Below, piece after piece: positions 45,658 through 55,027 of a stretch of 64,000 nt of DNA. Location of the stretch: NCBI GenBank assembly GCA_012839805.1, contig DUMU01000033.1:71567-135566 (forward strand), given 5' to 3'. The translations under genes were made by a program, and so were the position numbers. Source of the stretch: Bacillota bacterium (lineage in GTDB: Bacteria; Bacillota; Limnochordia; Limnochordales; DUMU01). Each line of letters starts with the position of its first letter. Positions within the stretch are counted from its first letter, which is position 1. The notes under the pieces are model-generated. The model had not been told where the DNA came from. It made no database searches and was given only the letters and a program-made list of their open reading frames with translations.

Positions 45658-48057
45658 CTACTTCCCCATCGACACTTTTACCTCGCTGAAGTAGTGCCCG
45701 AGCTGGGGTCGCTCCAGCGCCGGCCCGTGCAGCCAAAACTCCCCCAGTAACCGGATGTCCTGCGAGGACGCGCCCACCCTCACCTCGTACCTGCCGGGTT
45801 CGATCACCCGCCGCAGGCGAGCGTCATGGAAGGCCAGCTGATCCAGATGCAGGCGGAAGCTGACTTGACGTCGTTCTCCCGGTGCCAGCCGCACCCTGAC
45901 GAACCCCTTCAGTTCCTGCACGGGGCGGGTGACGCTGGCCACCGGGTCGCTGACGTACAGCTGAACGACTTCCTCGCCGGCCACCTCTCCCGCGTTGGCC
46001 ACTTCACACTCGATCAGAATCGCTACGGGCTCAACCCCTGCTCCCGCCCCAGCTCCTGCTTCACCGCTCCCGGCCGGCAACCCCACCGTCTCCGGTTCAA
46101 TCCTCAAGTTGCCGTACTCGAAGCGGGTGTAGCTCAAGCCGTGGCCGAAGGGGAACAGAGGCTGCGAATCATGCAGTACGTACTTTCCCCACGAAGTGGG
46201 ACGGCGGTTGTAGTACACGGGTACTTGTCCCACCGACTTGGGGAAGGAGACCGGGAGCTTCCCGCCGGGATTGTAGTCGCCAAACAGAACGTCGGCCACC
46301 GCCCGGCCGCCTTCTTCACCAGGGAGCCAGGCTTCCACGATGGCGGGTATGTGCGCGGCCTCCCACTCCAGGGCGAGCGGGCGGCCGTTCACCAGCACCA
46401 GCACCACAGGTGTCCCGGTTTCCCAAACCGCGCGAATCAACTCTCGCTGCCTGCCCGTCAGACAGAGATCGGCCGCGTCCCGACCTTCGCCAGTGGTATC
46501 CGTCGGCCCGAGCCCCGACTTCTCACCGACGACTACCACCGCTACTTGCGCCTGCCGGGCGACCGCGACGGCCTCCGGGATCCCCGAGGTATCATCGCCC
46601 ATCAATTCGCAGCCCCGGGCGTAAAGCACCCGGGTCGACGGCGAGACCCGTTCCTGAATTCCCGCCCGTATGCTCACCACCGGGAGAGCCTCTTCGCCCA
46701 GTGAACGGTGGGCAATGAAGGAGTAATCCCCCAGGAGATTACGGGTGCTGTCCGCGTTGGGCCCGATAACGGCGATCGACTTTAGGTCCGGTGAAAGAGG
46801 CAGAAGGGGTTTGCCGCCGTCTACGGGGTCGTTCTTGAGCAGTACGATCGACTCCCGGGCCACCTGCCGGGCCACTTCCCGTTGGGCGGGCGTCTCGAAG
46901 ACTTCCGCCACTTTCCCTTCGTCGACATACGGGTTTTCGAACAGCCCGAGTCTGAACTTGTACCGTAGATGCCGCCGTACGGCCTCGTCCACGACCGCCT
47001 CGGGCAGGATCCCCTCTCGCACGGCCGCGATGAGCGGCCCACCGTAGCAGTCAACTCCGGGCAACTCCACATCGATACCGGCCAGGAGCGCCTTGACCGC
47101 CGCCTCTTTCTTGTCGATCGCCACCTTGTGGAAGGAGCGCAACATATCGATGGCACCGTAATCGGACACGACATACCCGTCGAAGCCCCACTCGTGGCGA
47201 AGGATGCCGGTGAGAAGGCGGCGGGAGGCAGCACACGGTTCACCGTCGTTATCGTGGTAGGCATTCATCAGTGAGCCCGCCCGGGCCTCCTTGATGGCCA
47301 CTTCGAACGGGTAGAGGAAAACGTCACGCAGTTCCCGTTCACCCACGTGAACGGGGGCGCAGTTACGGCCGCCTTCGGAGAAGGGGTAGGCGACGAAGTG
47401 TTTGACCGTGGCCACGATGCCGCTCGAACCGTCCAGCCCCGGAGCCCGCCGGGCATCGCCCTGCAGGCCCCGGATGTAGGCGGTGGCAATGGCGGCTACC
47501 AGGTAGGGATCTTCGCCAAAGGTCTCCTCGACCCGGCCCCAGCGCGGGTCACGGGCGACGTCAAGGAGCGGGGCGAGACCCTGGTGTGCCCCGGTGGCCC
47601 GCATCTGCTGGCGGATGATGTCGGAAAGCCTGCGGACCAGGTCCGGATCCCAGGTCGCGGCCATTCCGATGGCCTGGGGGAAGGTGGTTGCACCCTTGGC
47701 CATGAAGCCGCTCAGGCATTCCTCGTGGACCAGCGCCGGAATCCCCAACCGGGTCTCTTCCATCAGGAACCGCTGCAGAGCATTGATGATCGAAGCCACC
47801 TGGGCGGGCCTAAGCTCGCTACCACCGGCGGGCCTGGTGATCTGGCCAATGCCGCGAGCCAGGAGCTTGCTGGCTTTTTCCTTGTCAAACTGGGCCCGCT
47901 CGCCGGGCCCGGTCAGGAGATCCCCTATCCAACACGATCCCAGCTGGGCGACCTTCTCCTCCAGGGTCATATGGGAGAGGAGATCGTCGACCCTTGCTTC
48001 GACGGGGAGGTCTGGGTCACGAAAACGAAACGCGCACCGATCCTGTGCCTGGCTCAT
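45658..48057 (-). CDS. GH3 beta-glucosidase-like exo-glycosidase with a C-terminal Fn3-like domain
   Basis: Carries GH3 motifs KHFVAYP and VVSDYGAI (nucleophile region), with a (beta/alpha) sandwich and an Fn3-like tail. No signal peptide. Confidence 0.85.
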   Translation of the reverse strand: MSQAQDRCAFRFRDPDLPVEARVDDLLSHMTLEEKVAQLGSCWIGDLLTGPGERAQFDKEKASKLLARGIGQITRPAGGSELRPAQVASIINALQRFLMEETRLGIPALVHEECLSGFMAKGATTFPQAIGMAATWDPDLVRRLSDIIRQQMRATGAHQGLAPLLDVARDPRWGRVEETFGEDPYLVAAIATAYIRGLQGDARRAPGLDGSSGIVATVKHFVAYPFSEGGRNCAPVHVGERELRDVFLYPFEVAIKEARAGSLMNAYHDNDGEPCAASRRLLTGILRHEWGFDGYVVSDYGAIDMLRSFHKVAIDKKEAAVKALLAGIDVELPGVDCYGGPLIAAVREGILPEAVVDEAVRRHLRYKFRLGLFENPYVDEGKVAEVFETPAQREVARQVARESIVLLKNDPVDGGKPLLPLSPDLKSIAVIGPNADSTRNLLGDYSFIAHRSLGEEALPVVSIRAGIQERVSPSTRVLYARGCELMGDDTSGIPEAVAVARQAQVAVVVVGEKSGLGPTDTTGEGRDAADLCLTGRQRELIRAVWETGTPVVLVLVNGRPLALEWEAAHIPAIVEAWLPGEEGGRAVADVLFGDYNPGGKLPVSFPKSVGQVPVYYNRRPTSWGKYVLHDSQPLFPFGHGLSYTRFEYGNLRIEPETVGLPAGSGEAGAGAGAGVEPVAILIECEVANAGEVAGEEVVQLYVSDPVASVTRPVQELKGFVRVRLAPGERRQVSFRLHLDQLAFHDARLRRVIEPGRYEVRVGASSQDIRLLGEFWLHGPALERPQLGHYFSEVKVSMGK

Positions 48058-48293
48058 TCAATCTCCTCCTTGACTTGCTTGCAGCGCGACCGGATGACCT
48101 TGATCTCCGGGGGAACGAAGCCCCAGCTAGGCTCCGTCCGCCTCTCAATTCGGCAGGACCCACGAACCACCTGCAGCTAGCGGCCACCGGCTTCATGGAC
48201 TTGCACCGCGGGTTTCGGTTACACTCTGCGCTAGGGTGTTGGCGTCCAGAGAGATTCAGAGCTTATCATGGCAGAAGGCAGGAGGTCTGAGTC

Positions 48294-49229
48294 ATGCTCA
48301 AACTAGAGCGCCAGAAGGTGGTTCTGCAGCCTACGGGCCAGGGGGTCGGTAGCCGGGCCCGTTTCAACCCCGGCACCGTGCGAGAAGGTAACACGATACA
48401 CATGTTGTTCCGAGCCGTGAACGGCGACATCAGCCAGAAGGATACCTACATCTCGGAAATCGGCTACGCCCGGCTGGATCTCTCCGGGAACCTGCAGCAG
48501 GTAGCGGAAACGCCCTTGCTCTCACCCTCTCTTCCTCAGGAAGTACGCGGTTGCGAAGATCCCCGCATCGTGTGGTTCGAGGGCCGCTACTGCATTTTCT
48601 ATACGGCCTACGATGGCGTGACGGCCCGCGTCGCCATTGCTACCACCCGCGATTTTGCTCACGTGGAGAAGCTGGGGGTCATCGGCTTGCCGGTATGGGA
48701 CAAAGATGCCTTCATCTTTCCTGAACGGGTGGCGGGGAAGATTGCTTACCTGCACCGCATCGAGCCCAACATCCAGCTGTTGTTCGTAGAGAGCCTATCC
48801 GAGCTGCTGGATACCGGCGGGCCGGCCTGGCAGGGTCATCTGCGTAACCTGGCCGCCGATACCGTCATGCGTCCTGCCTTCACCTGGGAAGCCAAGAAGA
48901 TCGGGGCGGGAGCACCGCCCATCGCCACGCCCGACGGGTGGGTGCTGATCTATCACGGGGTCGACCAGAACCTGGTCTACCGTGCCGGAGCTGCCCTGCT
49001 CGACCGGGAGAATCCCCGCCGGGTACTGGCCCGGTTACCTTACCCAATCCTGGAACCGGAAGAAGCGTTCGAGCGCGAAGGGGATGTTCCCAACGTCGTC
49101 TTCCCGGAAGGACTGGTGGTGGTGGGCGAGACCCTGCAGGTCTATTACGGTGCGGCCGACAAGGTGATAGGACTGGCCACCGTGGAACTGCCCGAACTGA
49201 TAGCGGAGCTGAAAAAGCATAGGATATAA
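48294..49229 (+). CDS. GH130-family mannoside phosphorylase/hydrolase
   Basis: About 310-aa five-bladed-propeller-type sequence with FNPGTV, GCEDPRIV and YTAYDG. AGGAGG lies upstream of the ATG. Confidence 0.8.
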   Translation: MLKLERQKVVLQPTGQGVGSRARFNPGTVREGNTIHMLFRAVNGDISQKDTYISEIGYARLDLSGNLQQVAETPLLSPSLPQEVRGCEDPRIVWFEGRYCIFYTAYDGVTARVAIATTRDFAHVEKLGVIGLPVWDKDAFIFPERVAGKIAYLHRIEPNIQLLFVESLSELLDTGGPAWQGHLRNLAADTVMRPAFTWEAKKIGAGAPPIATPDGWVLIYHGVDQNLVYRAGAALLDRENPRRVLARLPYPILEPEEAFEREGDVPNVVFPEGLVVVGETLQVYYGAADKVIGLATVELPELIAELKKHRI

Positions 49230-49298
49230 TCCGCGCAGACCGGTGCACCGGTGCTGGCCGGGGTAGCTGACCACGCAGTGGTCGGGGAGGCAGAGTAA

Positions 49299-49619
49299 AT
49301 GGCAACAGGCAATCAGCCTACCAAGGAACAGGTAATGGCGGCCCTCAAGCAAGTTCTCGATCCCGAGCTCCAGCTTAGCATTGTGGACCTCGGACTCGTT
49401 TACGACGTCGATATCTTAGACGACGGCAGCGTGACCGTGACCATGACGTTGACCACGCCCGGATGCCCGCTCAACGCTTATTTACCCGCCCAGGTCGATC
49501 GGGCCGTCAGCCGCCTGGAAGGCGTGAAGCACGTCGATGTCAACCTGGTCTGGGACCCGCCGTGGAATCCAGACATGATGAGCGAAGAGGCCAAAACCGC
49601 CCTGGGGTGGTTCCGGTAG
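49299..49619 (+). CDS. DUF59 (SufT/MIP18-type) Fe-S assembly factor
   Basis: 106 aa with VLDPELQLSIVDLGLVY and TLTTPGCPL. Confidence 0.8.
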   Translation: MATGNQPTKEQVMAALKQVLDPELQLSIVDLGLVYDVDILDDGSVTVTMTLTTPGCPLNAYLPAQVDRAVSRLEGVKHVDVNLVWDPPWNPDMMSEEAKTALGWFR

Positions 49620-49653
49620 GCCGGGAGCTCTGCTCCCGCCCCGGCCTACCGCG

Positions 49654-49682
49654 TTGACACCCTTTGGATCGACAGGTACACT
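49654..49682 (+). promoter_or_regulatory. sigma-70-type promoter candidate (TTGACA, 17 nt, TACACT) for carA
   Basis: TTGACA at 49654-49659 and TACACT at 49677-49682, with exact 17-nt spacing. It directly follows an 11-bp GC hairpin (49615-49650) that closes the DUF59 gene. Confidence 0.55.
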
Positions 49683-49730
49683 GAGAAAAACGCCAGACCG
49701 GGTCCGGGCGGGCGGGAGGCATCGTCGCAC

Positions 49731-50936
49731 TTGACGGGGTTCAGGGGAGCAACACCGAAACGAGCGGAATTGACTCTGATTGGGCCGTTACCGTTCTTAG
49801 ACGAAGACGGGACGGCGGGAAGACGACGTCCCGCTCTCCTCGCTTTGGAGACGGGGCTCGTCTTTGCCGGTTGGGCGCTGGGGGTCGAGGCCGAGAATGC
49901 GGGCGAACTCGTCTTCAACACCGGAATGACCGGTTACCAGGAGATTCTTACCGATCCTTCGTACGCCGGGCAGATCATCACCCTCACTTACCCCTTGATC
50001 GGAAACTATGGGATAAACCGCGAGGACAACGAATCGCGACGCTCCTTTGCCCTGGGCTTGGTCGTTCGCGAGGCCGCCTCTGCCCCCAGTCACTGGCGCT
50101 CGGTAAGCACCGTGGACCGGTTCCTGGTCGAGCAGGGGCTGCCCGGCCTCCAGGGAATCGATACCAGGGCCCTGGTACGGCATCTGCGGGAATACGGCAC
50201 TTGCCGGGCGGTTCTCAGCACTCGCCCGCAGGCCGATCCGGCCGATCTTTGGGCAAAAGCGCAGGCTGCTCCGCAGATCAGCGATATCGACTGGGTAGGG
50301 CGGGTTACCAGGTCCGAGGTCGAAAGTCTGCCCCCGCTGGCCGCTAGCCCTGGCCACGCTCCTCACGTCGTTCTGCTAGACCTTGGTGCGAAGCTAAACC
50401 AGGTTCGGATGTTGCGGGAGCGCGGCTGCCGGGTGACCGTCGTCCCGGCTCATACCACCGGCAACGAGATTCTCAGCCTTGGACCGGACGGGCTTCTGAT
50501 CTCGAACGGCCCCGGTGACCCGGCAGCCATCCCCTACGTGGTGGAGACGGTACGTACGGTCATGGGGCGTCGCCCCGATCTCCCCATCTTCGGCATTTGC
50601 CTGGGACATCAGGTGTTGGCCCTGGCGCTCGGGGGAAAGACCTTCAAGCTGAAGTTCGGGCATCGGGGAGCGAACCACCCGGTGGTCGAACTGGCTACGG
50701 GTCGTGCCTACATGACCTCGCAAAACCACGGGTTCGCCGTGGACGAAAAGAGCTTACCGCCCGAGGTGGCGGTGACCCATCGCGAGCTGAACGATGATAC
50801 CGTGGAGGGACTCCAGCATCGAGTAAGGCCCTGGTTCTCGGTTCAGTACCATCCGGAAGCCGCCCCGGGGCCCCAGGATGCTGCTTACTTCCTGGACCAC
50901 TTTGTCGATGTGGTGCGGGGAAGGGGTGCGGCGTGA
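49731..50936 (+). CDS. carA: carbamoyl-phosphate synthase small (glutaminase) subunit
   Basis: Carries FNTGMTGYQE, the nucleophile GICLGHQ and VQYHPEA. TTG 49731 lies 11 nt after GGGAGG. That start gives a ~35-aa N-terminal extension, so it is uncertain. Confidence 0.85.
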   Translation: MTGFRGATPKRAELTLIGPLPFLDEDGTAGRRRPALLALETGLVFAGWALGVEAENAGELVFNTGMTGYQEILTDPSYAGQIITLTYPLIGNYGINREDNESRRSFALGLVVREAASAPSHWRSVSTVDRFLVEQGLPGLQGIDTRALVRHLREYGTCRAVLSTRPQADPADLWAKAQAAPQISDIDWVGRVTRSEVESLPPLAASPGHAPHVVLLDLGAKLNQVRMLRERGCRVTVVPAHTTGNEILSLGPDGLLISNGPGDPAAIPYVVETVRTVMGRRPDLPIFGICLGHQVLALALGGKTFKLKFGHRGANHPVVELATGRAYMTSQNHGFAVDEKSLPPEVAVTHRELNDDTVEGLQHRVRPWFSVQYHPEAAPGPQDAAYFLDHFVDVVRGRGAA

Positions 50937-50997
50937 CGGGGGAGCACGGCGGTCCGGAATCTCTCTCGCGGGACGGCGCAAAGCGGGGACACATCCT

Positions 50998-51828
50998 GTG
51001 AACGCGGAAACACTTGTAAAGGCGGTAGGACTGGTCACCCGGGCCGAACGTTCTGGCCGTGGCTTTTTTCGCCTGACCCTGCATGCCCCGGAGGTGGCCC
51101 GAAAGGTCCAGCCGGGCCAGTTCGTTATGGTCGCGGTTCACCCGCTGGTGGCAGCAGAGGCGGAAAGCTTGGTGGCGAGATGGGACCCGTTGCTTCGCCG
51201 GCCGTTCAGTATCTGCCGGGCAGATGCCAACCGGGGCGAGATCGCGCTGATGGGTGAGACTCGGGGTAGAGGGTCGGCCCTGCTCGCGGCCGCCTTACCC
51301 GGCCAGCGGTACTCTCTTCTCGGCCCGCTGGGCCGGCCGTTCCGGCTGGAGCGAGCCCGGCGGCGCCTGCTCTTGGTTGGGGGCGGCATGGGAGTCGCCC
51401 CGCTGCTTTTTGCAGGTGAACGGTTCGCGGCCAGCGGACATGAAGTGAGCGTGCTCTTTGGCTACCGGACCCAGAGTGCGGTCGTGGGCTGGGAGGAGAC
51501 CGCAGCCTGGGCGGCGGGCCGGTACCTTGCGACCGAGGACGGGTCTGCCGGGGAGAAAGGGCTGGTAAGCGACGTCCTTCGCCGGCTCCTGGCTGAAAGG
51601 GGCAAGGTAGACGCCATCCTGGCCTGCGGCCCGCCGGGAATGCTCGCGGCCGTCACCGGGGTGGCGCGGGAGGCTCGAGTCCATTGCCTGGTTTCGCTGG
51701 AGCGGGCGATGGGTTGCGGCTTTGGGGTCTGCCTGTCTTGCGCCGTTGCCCGGCCTGACGGCACGTATGCTCTGGTATGTACCGATGGTCCCGTTTTCGC
51801 CGCCGAGGAGGTGGACCTAACTGTCTAG
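50998..51828 (+). CDS. pyrK: dihydroorotate dehydrogenase B electron-transfer subunit
   Basis: RRPFSI FAD motif and the C-terminal 2Fe-2S cysteines CGFGVCLSCAV...CTDGPVF. GTG 50998 is preferred, and the ORF opens at 50878. Confidence 0.8.
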   Translation: MNAETLVKAVGLVTRAERSGRGFFRLTLHAPEVARKVQPGQFVMVAVHPLVAAEAESLVARWDPLLRRPFSICRADANRGEIALMGETRGRGSALLAAALPGQRYSLLGPLGRPFRLERARRRLLLVGGGMGVAPLLFAGERFAASGHEVSVLFGYRTQSAVVGWEETAAWAAGRYLATEDGSAGEKGLVSDVLRRLLAERGKVDAILACGPPGMLAAVTGVAREARVHCLVSLERAMGCGFGVCLSCAVARPDGTYALVCTDGPVFAAEEVDLTV

Positions 51829-51910
51829 CGAGGATGCAGCCGCCGGTCGCAGGACGGCCGGGCGGGTTGGGGAGGGCGGCGTCGAAGGCGAGGGTGAGGG
51901 CGACGCCGGC

Positions 51911-52915
51911 GTGGCCCTACCGGATCTTTCGGTGGATCTGGGCCGGGGTTTGGTCCTGGCCAACCCGGTAATGACCGCTTCGGGAACGTGCGGGTTCGGG
52001 GAGGAATTGGCACGGCTTTTTGATCTGCGGCGTTTGGGTGCGGTGGTAATCAAAGGTACCACGTTGCGGCCTCGCTCGGGTAACCCCCCGCCCCGGGTCG
52101 TCGAGACACCAGCCGGGATGCTCAACTCCATCGGCCTGCAAAACCCGGGGATAGATCAAGTGATTGCTGCCAAGATCCCCCCGCTCGCCCGCTACGGTGT
52201 GACCGTCATCGTCAACATCGCCGGCGATAGCCCCGCCGAATACCAGGAGCTGGCCCGCCGGCTGGATGGGGTTCCCGGCGTGGCCGCCATCGAACTCAAC
52301 ATTTCTTGCCCTAATGTAGACCGTGGAGGCATGGTCATCGGCACCCACCCGGAGCTTGCCGCGGAGACGGTGGGGGCAGCTCGAAGTGTTACCTCACTGC
52401 CTCTAATCGTCAAGCTATCTCCGAACGTTACGGACATAGGAATAATGGCCCAAGCAGTGGTCGGGGCCGGGGCGGATGCTGTGTCGCTGGTCAACACGTT
52501 CACCGGCATGGCGATCGATGTGGAGCGCCGGCGCCCGATCCTCGCCCGGGGGGTGGGAGGGCTCTCCGGTCCGGCCATCCGGCCTTTGGCGGTGTACCAG
52601 GTTTGGCAGGTATTCCGCGCCCTGGGCGGAGGGCGGGGCCGCCCGGCCCGGGTGCCGATCATCGGCATGGGCGGTATCATGAACGCCCGGGATGCCCTGG
52701 AATTCATCCTGGCTGGGGCAAGCGCGGTCGCGGTCGGTACGGCCACGTTCGTAGATCCCTGGACGGCTCTGGAAGTGGTGGAGGGCATCGAGCAGTATTG
52801 CCGCCGGCACGGGGTTCAAGCGGTGCGTGACCTGGTGGGCGCGGCGCAGGAGGCGGCTGGGGCGGAGGTGGAGCAGCATGACGGAGAGCAAGGCGGAGAG
52901 CATGACGGAGAGTGA
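51911..52915 (+). CDS. pyrD: dihydroorotate dehydrogenase B catalytic subunit
   Basis: Carries NPVMTASGTCGFG, LNISCPNV, GGLSGPAIRP and IGMGGI. GTG start. The acidic repeat tail overlaps pyrE. Confidence 0.85.
   Translation: MALPDLSVDLGRGLVLANPVMTASGTCGFGEELARLFDLRRLGAVVIKGTTLRPRSGNPPPRVVETPAGMLNSIGLQNPGIDQVIAAKIPPLARYGVTVIVNIAGDSPAEYQELARRLDGVPGVAAIELNISCPNVDRGGMVIGTHPELAAETVGAARSVTSLPLIVKLSPNVTDIGIMAQAVVGAGADAVSLVNTFTGMAIDVERRRPILARGVGGLSGPAIRPLAVYQVWQVFRALGGGRGRPARVPIIGMGGIMNARDALEFILAGASAVAVGTATFVDPWTALEVVEGIEQYCRRHGVQAVRDLVGAAQEAAGAEVEQHDGEQGGEHDGE
52877..52912. repeat. three tandem 12-bp units (CAWGRCGGAGAG) at the pyrD/pyrE overlap
   Basis: Units at 52877-52888, 52889-52900 and 52901-52912. 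They encode HDGEQGGEHDGE in the pyrD frame and MTESKAESMTES in the pyrE frame. Confidence 0.9.
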
Positions 52916-53516
52916 GATTGCGCGGGCTTTCGCCGAGTGCGGTGCGCTCCTGAACGGTCACTTCTTGCTCACCTCGGGCCTCCACTCCGACCGGTATTTC
53001 GAGAAATTCCAGGTGTTGCAGTACCCTCATCTCACCGACCGCCTGGGCGCCGAGCTGGCCGCCCGTCTGAAACGGCGGCTCGGGTTCGCGCCCGCCAGCG
53101 CCACCATCCGCACCGTGGTCGGACCGGCTACGGGCGGCATTCTTTTAAGTCATGTGGTCGCCAGGCATCTAGGTACTGGCACTCGTTCCCTTTTCACCGA
53201 GCGTGAGGAGGGGAAGATGGTCTTCCGGCGGGGCTTCCGGCTCGAGCCGGGGGAACCGGTCGTCGTGGTCGAAGACGTCGTAACTACCGGGGGCAGCGTC
53301 AACGAGGTATTGTCGGCAGTGCGTTCTGCCGGCGGGCAGGTGGCCGCCATCGGCCTGCTGGTCGACCGCAGTGGTGGGCGGGCCACTGCCGCCTGGGAAG
53401 ACATTCCGGTCGAGGCGTTACTCCGGCTGGACATCGCCGCCTGGCCTCCGGGTGAATGCCCCCTCTGCCGGCAAGGCCTGCCCCTTACCGAACGAGGAAG
53501 CCGTCACCTTCGTTGA
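52878..53516 (+). CDS. pyrE: orotate phosphoribosyltransferase
   Basis: PRPP motif VVVVEDVVTTGGS and GHFLLTSGLHSDRYF. The start is ATG 52878 or 52902, and the ORF opens at 52827. Confidence 0.85.
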   Translation: MTESKAESMTESEIARAFAECGALLNGHFLLTSGLHSDRYFEKFQVLQYPHLTDRLGAELAARLKRRLGFAPASATIRTVVGPATGGILLSHVVARHLGTGTRSLFTEREEGKMVFRRGFRLEPGEPVVVVEDVVTTGGSVNEVLSAVRSAGGQVAAIGLLVDRSGGRATAAWEDIPVEALLRLDIAAWPPGECPLCRQGLPLTERGSRHLR

Positions 53517-53574
53517 CGGAGGCGACCGCCGGCCTGCGAGGAGTCCGGCGGCCTACTTTGCTAGTCACCGCCAA

Positions 53575-53604
53575 GGCCGGCCGGCCTCATGCGGCCGGCC
53601 GGCC
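53575..53604. terminator. GC-only palindromic hairpin between convergent pyrE and gdh (bidirectional terminator candidate)
   Basis: GGCCGGCCGGCC-TCATGC-GGCCGGCCGGCC, a 12-bp stem with no U-tract. Confidence 0.4.
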
Positions 53605-53652
53605 GGCTTCAACCGTGACAACCTGCCTCGATCGCTGACCCCGGCCGGCCAA

Positions 53653-54939
53653 TCACAGCCAGCCCCGGCTTTGCATGGCGGCGGCCACCCGGGCGAGGCT
53701 CACCATGTAAGCCGCTCGCCGCATGGGTACGCCCTTTTCCACATGCATCCGGTAGACGTTGCGGAAGGCCCTGACCATGAGCTCCTCGAGGCGACGGTTG
53801 ACCTCTTCCTCGGTCCAGTAGTATTGCTGGAGGTTTTGCACCCATTCGAAGTAGGAGACGGTAACGCCCCCGGCATTGGCCAGGATGTCGGGTAAAACCA
53901 GCACCTTGCGGGCGGTCAAGATCGCGTCCGCGCCGGGAGTCGTAGGGCCATTGGCGGCCTCGGCCACGATCCGGGCCCGTACTCGCGGGGCGATGCTCTC
54001 TGTGATCTGGTTTTCCAGTGCGGCCGGCACCAGGATGTCGCAGTCGAGGGCAAGCAACTCCTCGGTGTCGATGCTGCGAGAGGCGCCCGGGAAGCCTACT
54101 ACGCTCCCGGTCTCTTTCTTGTACCGGACGAGTGCGGCCACGTCCAGTCCCTGCGGATGGTACACACCACCCCGGGAGTCGTTGACGGCTACGATCCGGA
54201 CCCCGAGACCCGAGAGAAGCTCGGCCGCGATGGCGCCCGCGTTTCCGAATCCCTGGATGGCCGCGGTCGACCCCGATAGGCGAAGTCCGATCTCGCCGGC
54301 TGCCTCCCGGATGACGATGGTGCAGCCCCGCGCGGTCGCCTCGTTACGGCCCAACGAGCCCCCAAGCACGATCGGCTTGCCGGTGATCACCCCGGGCACC
54401 GGGCGTCCCGCCAGCCGGCTGTATTCGTCCATCATCCAGGCCATGATCTGCGGGTTGGTGTACACGTCCGGCGCAGGGATATCCGTGTCGGGGCCGATGA
54501 GCGGGTAGATGGCCTGGATGTAGCCCCGGCTCAGCCGTTCCAGCTCTCCGGCAGAGAGCTCCTTGGGATTGCAGACCACGCCGCCTTTGCCCCCGCCGTA
54601 AGGCAGACCGATGACCCCGCACTTGATGGTCATCCACATGGAGAGTGCTTTGACCTCGTCCAAAGTCACTTGCGGGTGGAACCGGATGCCCCCTTTGGTC
54701 GGACCCAAGGCGAATGTATGCTGAGACCGGTATCCACGAAAGAGCCTGATCGTCCCGTCGTCCATACGGACCGGAATGGCTACGCAGAGCACTCGGGCCG
54801 GCTCTTGCAGGATCTCGGCCACCGCCGCAGGCAACTGGAGCAGTTCAGCCGCCTTGCGGATCTCATTTTGAACGATAAGGAAAGGGTTTAGCTCCTCCGG
54901 CCGTTCGGCCGCGGATGTTTGCTGAACAGGTACTGACAT
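53653..54939 (-). CDS. gdhA: NAD(P)-dependent glutamate dehydrogenase
   Basis: Catalytic LPYGGGKGGV and dinucleotide fold IQGFGNAG. ATG 54939 is preceded by GGGAGGAGGAAAA, and the ORF opens at 55002. Confidence 0.9.
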   Translation of the reverse strand: MSVPVQQTSAAERPEELNPFLIVQNEIRKAAELLQLPAAVAEILQEPARVLCVAIPVRMDDGTIRLFRGYRSQHTFALGPTKGGIRFHPQVTLDEVKALSMWMTIKCGVIGLPYGGGKGGVVCNPKELSAGELERLSRGYIQAIYPLIGPDTDIPAPDVYTNPQIMAWMMDEYSRLAGRPVPGVITGKPIVLGGSLGRNEATARGCTIVIREAAGEIGLRLSGSTAAIQGFGNAGAIAAELLSGLGVRIVAVNDSRGGVYHPQGLDVAALVRYKKETGSVVGFPGASRSIDTEELLALDCDILVPAALENQITESIAPRVRARIVAEAANGPTTPGADAILTARKVLVLPDILANAGGVTVSYFEWVQNLQQYYWTEEEVNRRLEELMVRAFRNVYRMHVEKGVPMRRAAYMVSLARVAAAMQSRGWL

Positions 54940-55027
54940 TCTTTTCCTCCTCCCGAACCAGGAAACTGGGAACCCGAAACGAAGACGAAACCCGGGCCGC
55001 ACGAGGGGTCCGGCGGCCCAGAGTTCT

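Noticed and set aside
45457-45735. SRP (4.5S/scRNA) RNA expected downstream of tadA by analogy with Bacillus gene order. A stretch CUAGCGGGGUGG...GUACCUGUGGGUGCGGG loosely resembles an Alu-domain.
   Set aside because: The invariant domain IV motif (GUCCGGAAGGAAGCAGC or a close variant) is absent on both strands. A full-length SRP RNA would have to overlap the GH3 coding region.
49738-49755. PyrR-binding-loop-like sequence (UUCAGGGGAGCA versus consensus UCCAGAGAGGCU) plus a weak hairpin at 49807-49832, suggesting a pyr attenuator in front of carA.
   Set aside because: The match is partial and the hairpin lacks a U-tract. No pyrR gene is nearby. The segment lies inside the best-supported carA reading frame, where TTG 49731 follows GGGAGG. 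It is kept only as a caveat on the carA start.
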